64,000 bases of DNA, taken from IMG/VR virus record IMGVR_UViG_3300042900_000746, positions 69,871 through 133,870 of that record; one strand, 5' to 3'. Both the position numbers and the translations under genes were made by a program. The notes under the pieces are model-generated. The model did not search any database. It had not been told where the DNA came from and worked only from the letters and a program-made list of their open reading frames with translations. This stretch comes from a virus (taxonomy: Duplodnaviria > Caudoviricetes). Position 1 is the stretch's first letter; every line of letters begins with the position of its first letter. Shown in pieces: positions 1 to 11,800 of this stretch.

Positions 1-521
1 CTTTTAACAAATTCCAAAAAACATCTATATATTCTAAAACCAAATATGATAAAAACGTTTTGGTCATACTTAGCATTAATAAAATTATTTTGATAAAAAT
101 GAACTCTTATTTGAGCCATTGTTGTAGATGGAGTTAGCTCATATTCCGTTGCATAAAACCTCAATATGTCTTCTGTCCACGTTTTAGCAACTGCATTTCC
201 TACAAGAGTGGCTATGCATGAACTATACGCATCGACTGCTATTTGGTCATTTTCATCTAAAAATATTAATTGAGATAAATTTAAATCATAATCTTTTAAC
301 TCAATTTTTTCTGAATTAGAATTAAATTCTCCGGATCCATCTTTAATGAGATCTCTCATTTTAAGATATTGATCTGCCTCACTGTACGGAGTATAAGATG
401 TCTCTTCATCATTCCCTATTGAGGGATCCAATAATAGGTCAATATACCTCGCAAGTGAATCTAGCGCATTATTGCTTTTTAATGTTGTTAGCGCGTTAAA
501 TGATTGGGGACTGATAGCCAT
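1..521 (-). CDS. Partial CDS running off the window edge (MAISPQSFNALTTLKSN...), probable virion/baseplate-region protein
   Basis: ATG at 521 just after the stop of the 531..974 gene; my manual translation stays open to position 1; absent from the ORF track because it has no stop in the window. Confidence 0.75.
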   Translation of the reverse strand, partial: MAISPQSFNALTTLKSNNALDSLARYIDLLLDPSIGNDEETSYTPYSEADQYLKMRDLIKDGSGEFNSNSEKIELKDYDLNLSQLIFLDENDQIAVDAYSSCIATLVGNAVAKTWTEDILRFYATEYELTPSTTMAQIRVHFYQNNFINAKYDQNVFIIFGFRIYRCFLEFVK

Positions 522-530
522 GTAATTTTC

Positions 531-974
531 CTATTTAAACATCATATTATTTTTAACTATATTGCTAATTTTATTACTAGATGATCCAGTCGCAGACATC
601 GAACTGTAATTATCCATTATACTATAGTTTTTATCAACAGGTGCCATATTAAAATTAAAGTTTTCATTATTATGAGATACTTGGTTTTTATTATATCGGG
701 CATTTTGTATAGCTTTATTGTCATAGCCCACACCATCCATTTGTAGGACAGTGGAGGAACTATTCTGCAGGCCTTCGTATGAGCCTTTTAGCTTGGCAGA
801 ATTAGATTTTCTAACAGTAGCTTTTGATTCACCAATAGTTTTATTTGCAGAAGACTTACTGGAAGAGATCTTACCTGAGTAAGCATCTGCATTTTGTTTT
901 CTATAAGATGTATCTTTTGGACGACCAGCTGCACTACTCAGTTTTTTATTTTGGTCACCTGCACCAAAAATCAT
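531..974 (-). CDS. Hypothetical Ser/Asn/Lys-rich protein (147 aa)
   Basis: Co-oriented and tightly spaced in the late operon; no recognisable motif. Confidence 0.7.
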   Translation of the reverse strand: MIFGAGDQNKKLSSAAGRPKDTSYRKQNADAYSGKISSSKSSANKTIGESKATVRKSNSAKLKGSYEGLQNSSSTVLQMDGVGYDNKAIQNARYNKNQVSHNNENFNFNMAPVDKNYSIMDNYSSMSATGSSSNKISNIVKNNMMFK

Positions 975-986
975 AAATACCTAACC

Positions 987-3900
987 TTAATAATTGGCTG
1001 CCATTTCCGCATATGGATCCTGGGCTACATTGGGGATTCTATTATACATAGTAGTGTTGATATTGCCATTAACTAACCCTCCTGCAGCAGCATTAAATCT
1101 TCCGACGGTGTCTTGGTCTCCATATAAGTTTACTTTGTAACTGACGCCAGGATCATAACCTGGTCCTCCAAAGGTGCCAATTTGTGGAACTCGATTTGGA
1201 TAACCGCTTTCATAGGCGGATCCGCCTGGAAGTAGTGGGGGGCCAGCCATATCTTCGTGAGTCCTATCCCTGATCTCTGAATAGGCCAAGCTTCCTGCTA
1301 TTAAGCCTCCAATTGCCAGGGCGCCTTTCTTGATAGTAGGATTTTTGAAAAGATCTTTAAGATCTCCCATTTTTTCGCCTATTCTTTTATATACTGCTTT
1401 GTTCTCTACGAGTCCATCGTCTAGGTCTGTAATTGAATTAATGATATTATCAGCTAGTCCATCATCTCCAAATGCTGTTCTGGCAGCATCAGCATCTAAT
1501 ACACCAGCTGTTCCTAGGGTCCCTGGTGTTACATCATCTATTAGGCCTGTCGATGGATCAATATTTATTAATCCAGCTTGCGCTAGTTCATCTTTTTGCA
1601 TTTGAGCTCTTATTAATGCTACCTGATGATTAGCGTTTCCTCGTACCAAATCGTCAGCAATTTCATCTGACTGACCTAGTAAAGCTCTAAAAACATCATT
1701 TTGTTCGTTAGTTGTTTCGAAGATATCGAGCATTGTGTTCGTGCCGTCATCTATTCTTTGCTGGGCTTCTTTCACGGACTTTAGTCTTTTTTTAGCTTCT
1801 ATTTCCAAGTCCTCCATAGTGCCTTTATTTCCGAGGCTAGCTCTGACTTGATTGGCGTAATCTTGATCAAAAGATTCATAATGTTTTACTCTTCTGTACG
1901 TTCTAACATCTTGTATTGCTTTAGCTGCCCTTTCCGCGTCCTCTGGTAGCTCTCCTGCTTGCAGCGACGTTAAATGTCTTAAGCCTCCAATATCAACTCT
2001 AGTTCCAGCTGTTACTTTATCTATTGCATTTACTAAATCTACTGATGACATTCCGACTAATTGAGAAGCTTGACCTATATCTCTTAGTACCTTTTCGCCT
2101 ATATTATCCAAAAGTGCAGAGTGATTAAATAATTCAGTTTGATTCATTGTCTTAATGCTATCTGTGGTCGTATTGAATATCCTATCTAGCTCATCCTTAT
2201 GGGTAGCAATAATTGATCGAGCAACTGAATCAGCTTCCCTAGAAGTTCGTGTTGAAGATAAAATGTCGTCAGATGGAATCCTAGATATTGAGGACCTGTT
2301 CACAGAATCAAGATATGAAGAATATCGAACGCCTACGTCATGCACCCTGGATATTGATGCAAATGAGTGGTCTGCGTTTAGGCCAATTCTTTTTATTAAT
2401 TCCTCTTTAATCTTACTTGCATCATTAGAAGCGGATATATCTTTTAATTCTTTTAATGTTTTGTCTAAATCAACAGCTGTTGCAAGCCCTTGCCTTTGAG
2501 CGTCTTCCATACCTGTAATCATATTGTCTAATATAGATTTTGTGTCTGTGTCTCTAATTCTATCTTTCAGTAGAAACTCATCAATACCTAATAGAAGACT
2601 ATCGTCAGAGGAGCCAACTGCGCGCGAGAAGCCAATCATTTTTCCTAGTCCCTCGATGCTTTGTTCACCAAAAACGTCAAGCCCTAAATCTGCTCCAGAC
2701 AGTCCTAATTTTACTAGCGCTTTTTGAACTCCTACATCTTTCATATAATTAGCATTATCAGCTGAAGATAGAAGGCTTCCTACATTTTGAGATAGATTCC
2801 TCGAGGAGGCAAAACTTACACCAACGGAGGCGTCAATTGCCTCGTCCTGTGCTAGTAGGCCAATCTTATAGTTTTTCAGCATGTACTCTTTGGTTGCTTT
2901 AGAGGTACCTGCATCATTTAAGAATGCTTCATATTGATTCAATACACTGCCAACTGTCATCGATCTATTGACGTACACTCCAAGAATATCTCCACCTTCA
3001 ATAGCTTTTTTGACACTAAAATCATCTATTGCTGTCTGAAAAATTGCCCGCAGAGCCGGGTCTGTCTCATAGGTGGATTCCATCATCTTTAGCATTTCTT
3101 CAAAATCTGCGGCTTTTGAAAATTTATTTATCATTTTTTGATCAAAATTGTTTGCTCTCATTGTTTCCAGGAAATCATCCTTCATGTCAAAAGAACCTGA
3201 TTCTATAAAAGCTTTAAATATTCCTTCTCTAGTATAATCTGGTCGTTTGCTTAAATCTTTGACACTCAATGTAGAAGACCCATATCTTTTTATTTTTTCC
3301 GCTCTTTTTATGTCTAATTTTTGTATTGTAGTTACTCCACGTGCTTCTAAATCTCCAAAAACATTTACTATAGCTTGTTCAAAATCATCTATATGATTTA
3401 AGGATAGTGTTTTGTCTTTTTTGACAATTTGTCCTTTAACAGTTGTTTGGTCAGTATGTTTACCATCTAGTATGTCTTGAAGAATTCTGTACGTTTTTTT
3501 ATGGGCTGTATTGCTAGTTGATTGTGTTAAAGAGTCTAAGGATTTTCTAAATTCCATAACTGAAGAAGAATCTTCCCTACCCCCAAATAGACCCCTAATA
3601 GTATCTTGATCCATATTCATTCTAGCAAATATTAATTCTTCCGGGCCAGATGGCTGACGACTAATGTTGAACCCTAATCGAGTTAATCCTTGATTATCTT
3701 TATATGTTAAAACTTTTTCTAACACCTTGTCGTCTAAGTCGAATCCACCAAGAGCATGTCTGTATTTACCAATAGAGTCAGCCGGCAACATCATTTTATG
3801 GCCACTAACTCTAAACTTTAATATGTCGTGTTTTACATCGCCTAAACCCTCTATCGATATACGATCATATCCCCTGCCTTTATTCAGAATCATCTTTCCT

Positions 3901-5855
3901 TTTTCGGTTCCCATTAAAATTGCTTCACTGTCAATTGCAAAACGATGAGTGTCAGGAACAACCATTTGCATGAAGTCGCCCTTCATTCTAAATGCCTCTG
4001 TTGCAAAGAAGGTGTGCATCATGTTCATCATTGTTGGATTTTGCTTTGGACTAACGCCACTCCTCATCATGTCTAATATGGAATTAGCAAATTCTTTATT
4101 TCTCACCGCAGAAAGACGTGAATGTGATGGGAGATGACTTATATCGCGCTGTGATGCTTCTTCTAGCATCGCCCTTACCTTACGGGGCACTGTGCCACTG
4201 TTGATTGCGCTTTCGAATTCTCGAAGAACACTTTGGCCTCTTTGTTCCATTGCGTCCAGTGTTGCTCGATCAGCAAAAACTTCCGGATGAAAGGCAGCCG
4301 ATACTGGATCCGAATACACTAACTCGCGCCCTGAGCCCATTCCGCTTAAAGTTAATATATCAGTTTTTCCTGCAAAACCTAATTCTGGCTTAAATGCAAA
4401 TTTACTGGCAATCATTGTATATTTTTCTAATTGCTTGTCGAATTCTACTGCTTGACCAGCTGTTTTCAAATCTCCGTATTTAGCAGCGTGGCCTCTGATG
4501 GTGAACTGGTCAAGTCCTCCAGTAGCTTGAGCCCTAGAAGTCTGTCCTTTAATATTTTCCAACTGCTTTATTCTTATTGCTAGATCTTCCATCTCCTGAG
4601 AAGAGAGAGGTTTACCTAAACCTTGCTGCGCATTTTTTAATTTGTTTTTCAGAACATTTATTTCTTTGCGCATCGTTGTGTCGGTATATCCAGAGATCTT
4701 TTTCGCATTCATCAAATCAGATCCGTCGTACGCAAATTCGATATTGTCAAATAATTGTTTTACAAGACTTGCTCGTTTTTTGTCTCCATTAATAAAATTT
4801 GTTTCTAAATGTTTCATTAACTGATCACTAGCAAACTTGCCAGTTTTATTTGTTTCTTTGTATGCAAAGTCTGCGGAACGTATAACATTTTCAAATTCTG
4901 TTCTTTGCTTTTTAGTAAATTGGTTCAGTATGCTTCCAACAAAATCTTCTGCATCTACGTTCTTATAATAAGCCGCTAACTCCTTACCTCTCATGGTGTT
5001 TCCAAAAGCTTTTGTTTTATCAGTTCCTTGATAGGTCATTTTTTTCAATAACTCATACTGAGGATCTGGCACAAATATGGACGCGCTAAAAGTAGAACTT
5101 CCTCTTTTCCCAACAAAGTTTTCTAAATCACCACCTGCTAAAGATACTTCTCTTTCAGAGGCTAATGACCTAAATCTTTTGGGTATTTTCAACAAATGGT
5201 CGACTAGTCTTCCAGATCTAAGTTTATTTGGATTCTTGCTAAGAACCTTCTCGGACATTACCCCTGGATCCAACATATCATGACCTGTCACGGATAAGAG
5301 TAGATTGGACTGATAACTAGTTAGCATGTTACCTCCAGCTCTCATGGTTATCAATCTTGCGCTTTCATCATCAATAACAGTTATCCCCTGCAGCGAACCA
5401 CGTTTTCTCAGTTTGTCTATCTCCATAGCAATATTTTTAACTCCACCTTTGTCTTCATGGAGAGTTAACAAATCTACCTGCATATCTTTTATTGAACTTA
5501 CGTCAATTCCGGCATCTTGCAGTAATTTGATTTGGCTCGCTGAGAATGTCTGTGATTTGCTTTTTACGTCAGCCATTATTTCAGCCATACCACTTACTTT
5601 ACTGCCTAATCTTGACTGTCCTGGTTTACTGTCTAAATTGTTAAATTGAGAAATTCTTAGTGTACCTGCTCGAGCAAAGGCTCTGTCGATAGATTTGAAT
5701 GATTCACCAGTAGCACTCAAGACGAATTTTATTTCATCTCCATCAGGTTCTATCTTTATAGCATTACCCATGCCATAAGACGTTCTCATCAAAGCAGATC
5801 TTGCGGCAGCCATTCTCTCTGGAAGGGTGTCGTACATTCTATTAATATCTACCAT
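987..5855 (-). CDS. Large virion-module protein (1622 aa), putative virion-packaged two-barrel (QDE-1/YonO-like) DNA-dependent RNA polymerase
   Basis: Motifs FAYDGS (~4719-4736), QFTIRG...GDLK (~4460-4508), GGFDLDD (3729-3749) and SRQP (3651-3662) match in order and type those of the 61564..63921 protein; C-terminal hydrophobic Gly-rich segment KGALAIGGLIAGSLAY; start overlaps the upstream stop (TAATG). Confidence 0.65.
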   Translation of the reverse strand: MVDINRMYDTLPERMAAARSALMRTSYGMGNAIKIEPDGDEIKFVLSATGESFKSIDRAFARAGTLRISQFNNLDSKPGQSRLGSKVSGMAEIMADVKSKSQTFSASQIKLLQDAGIDVSSIKDMQVDLLTLHEDKGGVKNIAMEIDKLRKRGSLQGITVIDDESARLITMRAGGNMLTSYQSNLLLSVTGHDMLDPGVMSEKVLSKNPNKLRSGRLVDHLLKIPKRFRSLASEREVSLAGGDLENFVGKRGSSTFSASIFVPDPQYELLKKMTYQGTDKTKAFGNTMRGKELAAYYKNVDAEDFVGSILNQFTKKQRTEFENVIRSADFAYKETNKTGKFASDQLMKHLETNFINGDKKRASLVKQLFDNIEFAYDGSDLMNAKKISGYTDTTMRKEINVLKNKLKNAQQGLGKPLSSQEMEDLAIRIKQLENIKGQTSRAQATGGLDQFTIRGHAAKYGDLKTAGQAVEFDKQLEKYTMIASKFAFKPELGFAGKTDILTLSGMGSGRELVYSDPVSAAFHPEVFADRATLDAMEQRGQSVLREFESAINSGTVPRKVRAMLEEASQRDISHLPSHSRLSAVRNKEFANSILDMMRSGVSPKQNPTMMNMMHTFFATEAFRMKGDFMQMVVPDTHRFAIDSEAILMGTEKGKMILNKGRGYDRISIEGLGDVKHDILKFRVSGHKMMLPADSIGKYRHALGGFDLDDKVLEKVLTYKDNQGLTRLGFNISRQPSGPEELIFARMNMDQDTIRGLFGGREDSSSVMEFRKSLDSLTQSTSNTAHKKTYRILQDILDGKHTDQTTVKGQIVKKDKTLSLNHIDDFEQAIVNVFGDLEARGVTTIQKLDIKRAEKIKRYGSSTLSVKDLSKRPDYTREGIFKAFIESGSFDMKDDFLETMRANNFDQKMINKFSKAADFEEMLKMMESTYETDPALRAIFQTAIDDFSVKKAIEGGDILGVYVNRSMTVGSVLNQYEAFLNDAGTSKATKEYMLKNYKIGLLAQDEAIDASVGVSFASSRNLSQNVGSLLSSADNANYMKDVGVQKALVKLGLSGADLGLDVFGEQSIEGLGKMIGFSRAVGSSDDSLLLGIDEFLLKDRIRDTDTKSILDNMITGMEDAQRQGLATAVDLDKTLKELKDISASNDASKIKEELIKRIGLNADHSFASISRVHDVGVRYSSYLDSVNRSSISRIPSDDILSSTRTSREADSVARSIIATHKDELDRIFNTTTDSIKTMNQTELFNHSALLDNIGEKVLRDIGQASQLVGMSSVDLVNAIDKVTAGTRVDIGGLRHLTSLQAGELPEDAERAAKAIQDVRTYRRVKHYESFDQDYANQVRASLGNKGTMEDLEIEAKKRLKSVKEAQQRIDDGTNTMLDIFETTNEQNDVFRALLGQSDEIADDLVRGNANHQVALIRAQMQKDELAQAGLINIDPSTGLIDDVTPGTLGTAGVLDADAARTAFGDDGLADNIINSITDLDDGLVENKAVYKRIGEKMGDLKDLFKNPTIKKGALAIGGLIAGSLAYSEIRDRTHEDMAGPPLLPGGSAYESGYPNRVPQIGTFGGPGYDPGVSYKVNLYGDQDTVGRFNAAAGGLVNGNINTTMYNRIPNVAQDPYAEMAANY

Positions 5856-8800
5856 TATCTAACTCCCGCCGAAACGTCAATGCCCTGTGAGCCAAAAGGA
5901 TTCATAACTGGAGTAACACTTCCGGAAAATCCAAATCCATTCATCAGTTGGCGCAATTTATCAAGAGTGCTATTTCCATCGCTGCTTTTCCCAAATTGGG
6001 GATAACTAGGATTAGCTAAATTTGCTTCACGAATCTGCTGAGGGAAATATCCCATTTGAGACATTTCTATACCCATAGATTCTCCTGTTTTAATTTTTAC
6101 TTGTTCTAAGTTTGTGTTGGGGTGCCATCCTTCCCATGACGCATCCGGTAGTTCATGCCGTGTAAAATAATCGTCGAGATCTGGTCTTTGTTCAACATTC
6201 ATACCCCATGATGCTTCATATATTCTTCTCTCTAGACGTCCTGCAGTAGAGAGTATCCTGCCCCTTTCTCCTTCTGGAGCATTAAGCATGGCTTTAAAGT
6301 GTTCTCTTTTTCTTTTTGGAATAGATAGAGATAATGTATCAATGTCTTTACCATAAAGATCCGCACCATACATTGTTCTTTTTGCAGCCATCCCATAGTC
6401 TAATGCTGCTTTTTCATCCCCTGAAGATTTAGCCATAGTTTCTAATCTTTTATTTTTTACATAATTTAAGATGTCCGAATATTCTTCTAATGCTAATTCT
6501 TTTTTTCTTTGCTTCGGTATAAATCTTTCACCAGTTATTAATTCTGAAGCCTGCCCGTATGTTGATGCTGCCAGACCGGTAGTCACACCAACCGCTGTTC
6601 CCAGCAGTTTAGCTTTAGCTGTTCTGCCAAAAAGTGATCCGGCAATACCTAGTCCAGTCGCTGCTGTTATGGGATCTCTTTGTGTAGATTTGTCAATCAT
6701 TGGTTTGATATAACTATCGTATGGTCTTTGCCATTCAGGGAACGTAGCACCATATACATGCTTCCTTTCCCAATCTTCAGTAGCTGTTCTTTTTCCTATT
6801 GTTTTGTTAATAGCAAAGTTGTCGGAATGAGCTATATATTCGCCAATTCTTCCTGCGCCAAATTTTAATGGATGTTGCCCCATTTCTTCAGCTGATGACC
6901 CCTTGTATTTATAATCAGTAAATTCATTTTTAGTTGCCATACTTTCAACTTGGGATCTTATATCAGCTACTTTATTTCTTTCAGCGGGACCTAAATCCAT
7001 GCTGTCAATTTTTTTATCTAATGTTTTATATTGCTGAGAATATGGCGCAACATCTCCTAATATTTTCAATTGATCTAATGCGCCGTATGATCCAGTTGAA
7101 TCTGGATTTAATCTATTAAACCTTTCATACCCTACTCCCGGTAGTCTCAGTTCACCTTCTTGCACCTTAGTGTATGGATCTCCTCTAGTGAAGTCCGTAA
7201 AATATTCAGAACCAGGAAGGAATGGATACTGTTTACCCATTGTGTTTTCTATTGGGTTTATATAGTCTACGCCAGTTCTTTCTTTTGGAATAAATCTTCT
7301 AACAATTTCAGAGAATTCCAGGTTGCCCAATCCTTCTCTGTTGCCCAGCGGTGCGTCTCCTAATCCTCCAAGATTTAAATCCCAAAATGCTCGAGTACTT
7401 CCATAAGCTTTTGATGCCGACTGCAAAACGCTTCTTTGAGGCTGATAATCTTGCTGACCAAATCCTAATGATTTTCTTAAATTGCCAAAACCAAAACCAT
7501 AGATACCAGCCATTTCTTGCATTCTGAATCCAAGCTCACCTGCCTGGAAGGAACTAGTACTGGGTTCTAACGGAGCACCAGCTCCGACTATTCTGGGAGC
7601 CATTACGCCAGACACCTTGGGTGGACCATAAGCTAAATCGCTGTATTGAGAGTTTACATCTTTTAGTGAAGACCTAACCATCGACCCAGCAGCGCCGGTA
7701 CTTCCAGCTCTGCTAGCCAACATTGAGTTGACCCCAGAGATGCCTGTAGCTCCGCTGGAGCCGATTGGTGAACCAGGCCTAGCTGTCATTGCCCCAGAGC
7801 CAGTCAGGGGCATTCCAGGGGGCCCTCCAGCCATATCTCTTGTGAACCCCACTCCGTCTATGTAGCTTGAAGTCATTCCATACGCAGACGCGTCATAGGC
7901 CCCAGATTGACCTGCATTTGTATAATTAGCCAATCCTTGTGCTGTTTCATCCTCGTGCATTAGCACTTGAGGCTTTAGTAGTTTTCCGACTGTCATATTT
8001 GCGAGTGGGACAAGTGGACCAAAAGGACCGGTAAAATATTCACCGCTGACTGGGTATGGTCTGTCTTCGTAGTGCTTACGTTCAAATCTATAAGGATCTA
8101 ATGGTCTTAGTGGCGAAATATCATTATAAAATAAGAATTTTTCAGCTGGACTTCCGTATGTATCACTGGTGAACATGGCGCCTGCTTGAAGTTTTCGATA
8201 CCAAGAAGGCCTGTAATACTGGATCTTTCCACCTTTAAATGGAGTATTACCTAAAGGCCAAAATCTTCCTTGTCTTATTGGTACTTCTCCCTCAACCAAT
8301 TGCTCTTTCTTTTCGTCATATGTCATACCACCAGGAGTCAGCCCTGCAGATAAAGACTGCAGTTCCATCGCACCTTTTGCTACCTGGCCCAATACTAATG
8401 GCGAATAGACCCTTTCTCCTCTGTCATCCTTTTCATTGACCATCCCACCCATTGTTCTATCTACAGTAAGTGCCGTAACTCCAGCTGCATACATTGGCAG
8501 TACCCTCTTGCCAACCATTCCTGTTGCAAAAAGGTCTAGTGGTCCCTTAAAGTCAGAAACATTTAACTGCATCCCCAGTGTACCGAAATATCTATTTAGT
8601 CTTTCTACGCCCTGAGAAACTGGTATGCTCGCGGTAGAGAAACTTTGTGGATCAGAATACGTTGTTAATCCAATTGCGCTTTTGATCGCACCCATTGGAT
8701 CTCTTCCAAAAACTGTTCCAAAAGTTGGAACAACAGTTATACTTTGCCCAGAACCAAGTGGGTCTACAGCTAAATCATCCGCCTGATACCCAGATGTCCC

Positions 8801-11800
8801 GAGTGCTTTTTGTTTTAAGGAAACTAGTGGTGAGAATTTTTTACGAATACCCGTAGAAATTTTGCTCATCTCTGACTTAGCAAAGGGGTCAAACATACTC
8901 TTTAAACTACCGTTATTGGATCTTGAAAGTTCAAACATCTCTACTGCACCAGCACGAGCGTTTTCTAAATTCCCAGCCGAGTGTTTAAATGTTTTAAATG
9001 CACTCATGTTGAACATAGTGGACAGAGCTGCTGCTTGAGCTTCAACTCTCTCCGATGAACTGATGGCTCCAGATTTAATTAATTTGTCAACAACGGTTTG
9101 CATTTCGATGAATATATTTCCACTGCTACCTGCTTGCATTTGATTAGATTGAGAAATGTACCTAAATATTTCATTTTTTAATTGATCTAATTTAGTGGTA
9201 ATAGTCGGAGACTTTTCCGCCATTTGCGACATTGCATTGAGATTAGTAGAATCCTTTAAATTTCTTATTCTCGATGAAGAAGCGTTCAACATTGTTGGGT
9301 CTACGCCCTGTCTCCTGAGTTGTTGAGACACTAGTTTTTGAGCTGCTAATAAATCATCTGCGAACTTGACAGCGTCTTCTGCTGTTTCGATTGAGCTAGC
9401 GGTTCTTCCTCCAAATGTGAATAGACCTGGGTTAAGAGTTTCTAGTTCTTTCATTACCTTGACTGGAGTGCCATATCTAAGGGATTCTTTAGACAAAGAG
9501 TGCATTCCCCTTAAGAGATCTGCTTCAGAAAAATCATCTACTACATTTCCCAGATCATCTACTACACGAAGCCCTCCACTTGTTTGTTTGTCTATTTTTA
9601 TTAATCTTTCTTTTCCGCCAGAATTATATTTCAAGTCATCGCCAGATAATAGTCGAGCCATAACTCCATTATTACTTAAATCCGTAGAACGATTCTTAAA
9701 CCTAGAAGCTAGTCCGAACAATGAGTTTGGTTGTTCAGGATCAATGCTCATTTTTTTCTTGAAACGTAATGCTCTTTCTCCACCAAGAATTCTATCTAAA
9801 AATTTTGAACCGCTTGAATCTCTAATCTCATTAATTGTTTGACCCTGCATATTTGCCGCAAAACGAGTATGTCTTGTTAGCAGGTCTGTGGTATTCGTGG
9901 GCAGTGCTCTATAGGTTCCACTCATCAAAGAACTATGAATTGTTTCCGATACATTATCTGTATCAAAGGCCATTAATTTACCCTTGGAGCCTTTTGTTTT
10001 AAACCACATATGGAAATCAGATTTAGTACTAGCTCCCTCAGGCATAAACGGTTGGACAGATCTAGATGATACATACTGTAGTGGTGATCTATTGGCCATT
10101 TCCGAGAATGACCTATATCCAAATAGGTCAGCTGGATTGAATCCTAGAATTGGGATCTTAAACTCTGAAGCAAAAAAGTTTGCTGTTTTAGAAAATGTAG
10201 ATTTAACTGATGTAAAATCTAATATTTGACCGGATCTAGATTGATATACTCCATCCATTTTGCTAAATCCAATTGATTTAGAAACTGGATCGTTAATAGC
10301 CATTCTTGAAGCTAAGTCGTGGATTATCTTTTGTTCTGGTTCTGACATATGAGAGAAGCGTCCAGATTGTCGAGCTTCGTCAATTGTTAAAGATTTTAAT
10401 CCGAATAGATTATGTCCACCGCCAGAAACACCAGAAGTCATTTGACGATTCTTAATTAAGAAAGCTCTTAAGTCTGTAAATTGATTTGGATCAAAACCAC
10501 GTTTTCTCAAGCCCGCTGTGACTATGTCATTGGATACTTGTCGCCCAGTGCTATCTGTTAAATTTATTCCTAATGTTTGAGCAGTTTTTCTTTGCAAAAA
10601 TTCTGTTTTAGCTGCAGTTTGTGGGCCAGTGAAATCATTATAGTTAGCCTTCATTGGCTTGAGTATTCCGCCACCAATTGTAGTTAAATCATCTCTATAA
10701 AATTTATTCCAGTTTTTTTCTATTTTATTATTTAAACCTTTTTGGAATTCCTTAGAAGCAAATATATCTCTTGCGTCTTCAACTGAGTTCTTGAGCGCGT
10801 TGGGTTGAATTGCATCCTCAAAAGTTTTACCGCCAGAGACTCCCTTGTATCTTTGTATTACTCTTGAAAAAAAGTCTTCACTTAGGCTTGCTGCGTCTGC
10901 GCCTTCTTCATAAATTTTAGTTTTACCAATAGTTATTATATTGGTGCTTTCCATATTGGATCTTGGTAGTCGCACCTTTAAGTAATCTGTAAATTGTTTA
11001 GCCTGCTTACCGTCAAGCCCTCTTGATATCAACTGATCCTGAAGAAGATCTTTAAAAGCGTCAGTCTGTTGATTATATGCAAAGTTAGATCTTGGAAGGG
11101 ATTCATTGCCTGGGCCCCCTCCGCCCATTATCCTCACTCCTCTTGCAAAACTAGACAACCTACTAGAATGCTGGGACTGAATTTTGTGCATTGCGCTTTC
11201 TAGCGTTTGTGCAGCTTGAGGGGTGCCCCCCATTGACTTCAATACTCTAGCGTGAGCAATTGAATTTTCTAAGGCGTCATAACCTCTTCCTAAATTCTTG
11301 TATTCTTCTTTACCAGCAACAAATGCTTTTCTTAATCCACGGAATGCGGAGGGGAGTTCTGTGATAGATGCTGAAGTTTCACCAGAAGCGTCTTTGAAGC
11401 CCTTGAAGAATGCATTAGCTCCAGCCTTATTTATAGCCTGCCTAGAAGCTCCCTGTGCTATCTCTGCATCGCGTGCCGCCTTGACTCCATGTCTAAGGCT
11501 CTGGAGATTTTGTACGAAACCCTGTTGATTTTGCGTGTAAGCCTTAGTGGCAGTGCTAAGTGCTCCTGAAGTTTGTGCAGAACTTTTTAGAAATTTGTTA
11601 GTCATAGTGGCAAAGTCGTGACCGACATCTGCCAAAGTTTCTGTTACATCAACAAAACCTTGACGTAATTTTTTATTAAAAGGAGTTAGATTTCGCATAT
11701 CGTTCATTGAATACCTCAGGGTATTTAACGAACTCTTGCCAGCTCCTAATGCTGCTCCTGCGCCTTCAAATGGCGCTATCATAGTGGCCATCATAGTTAA

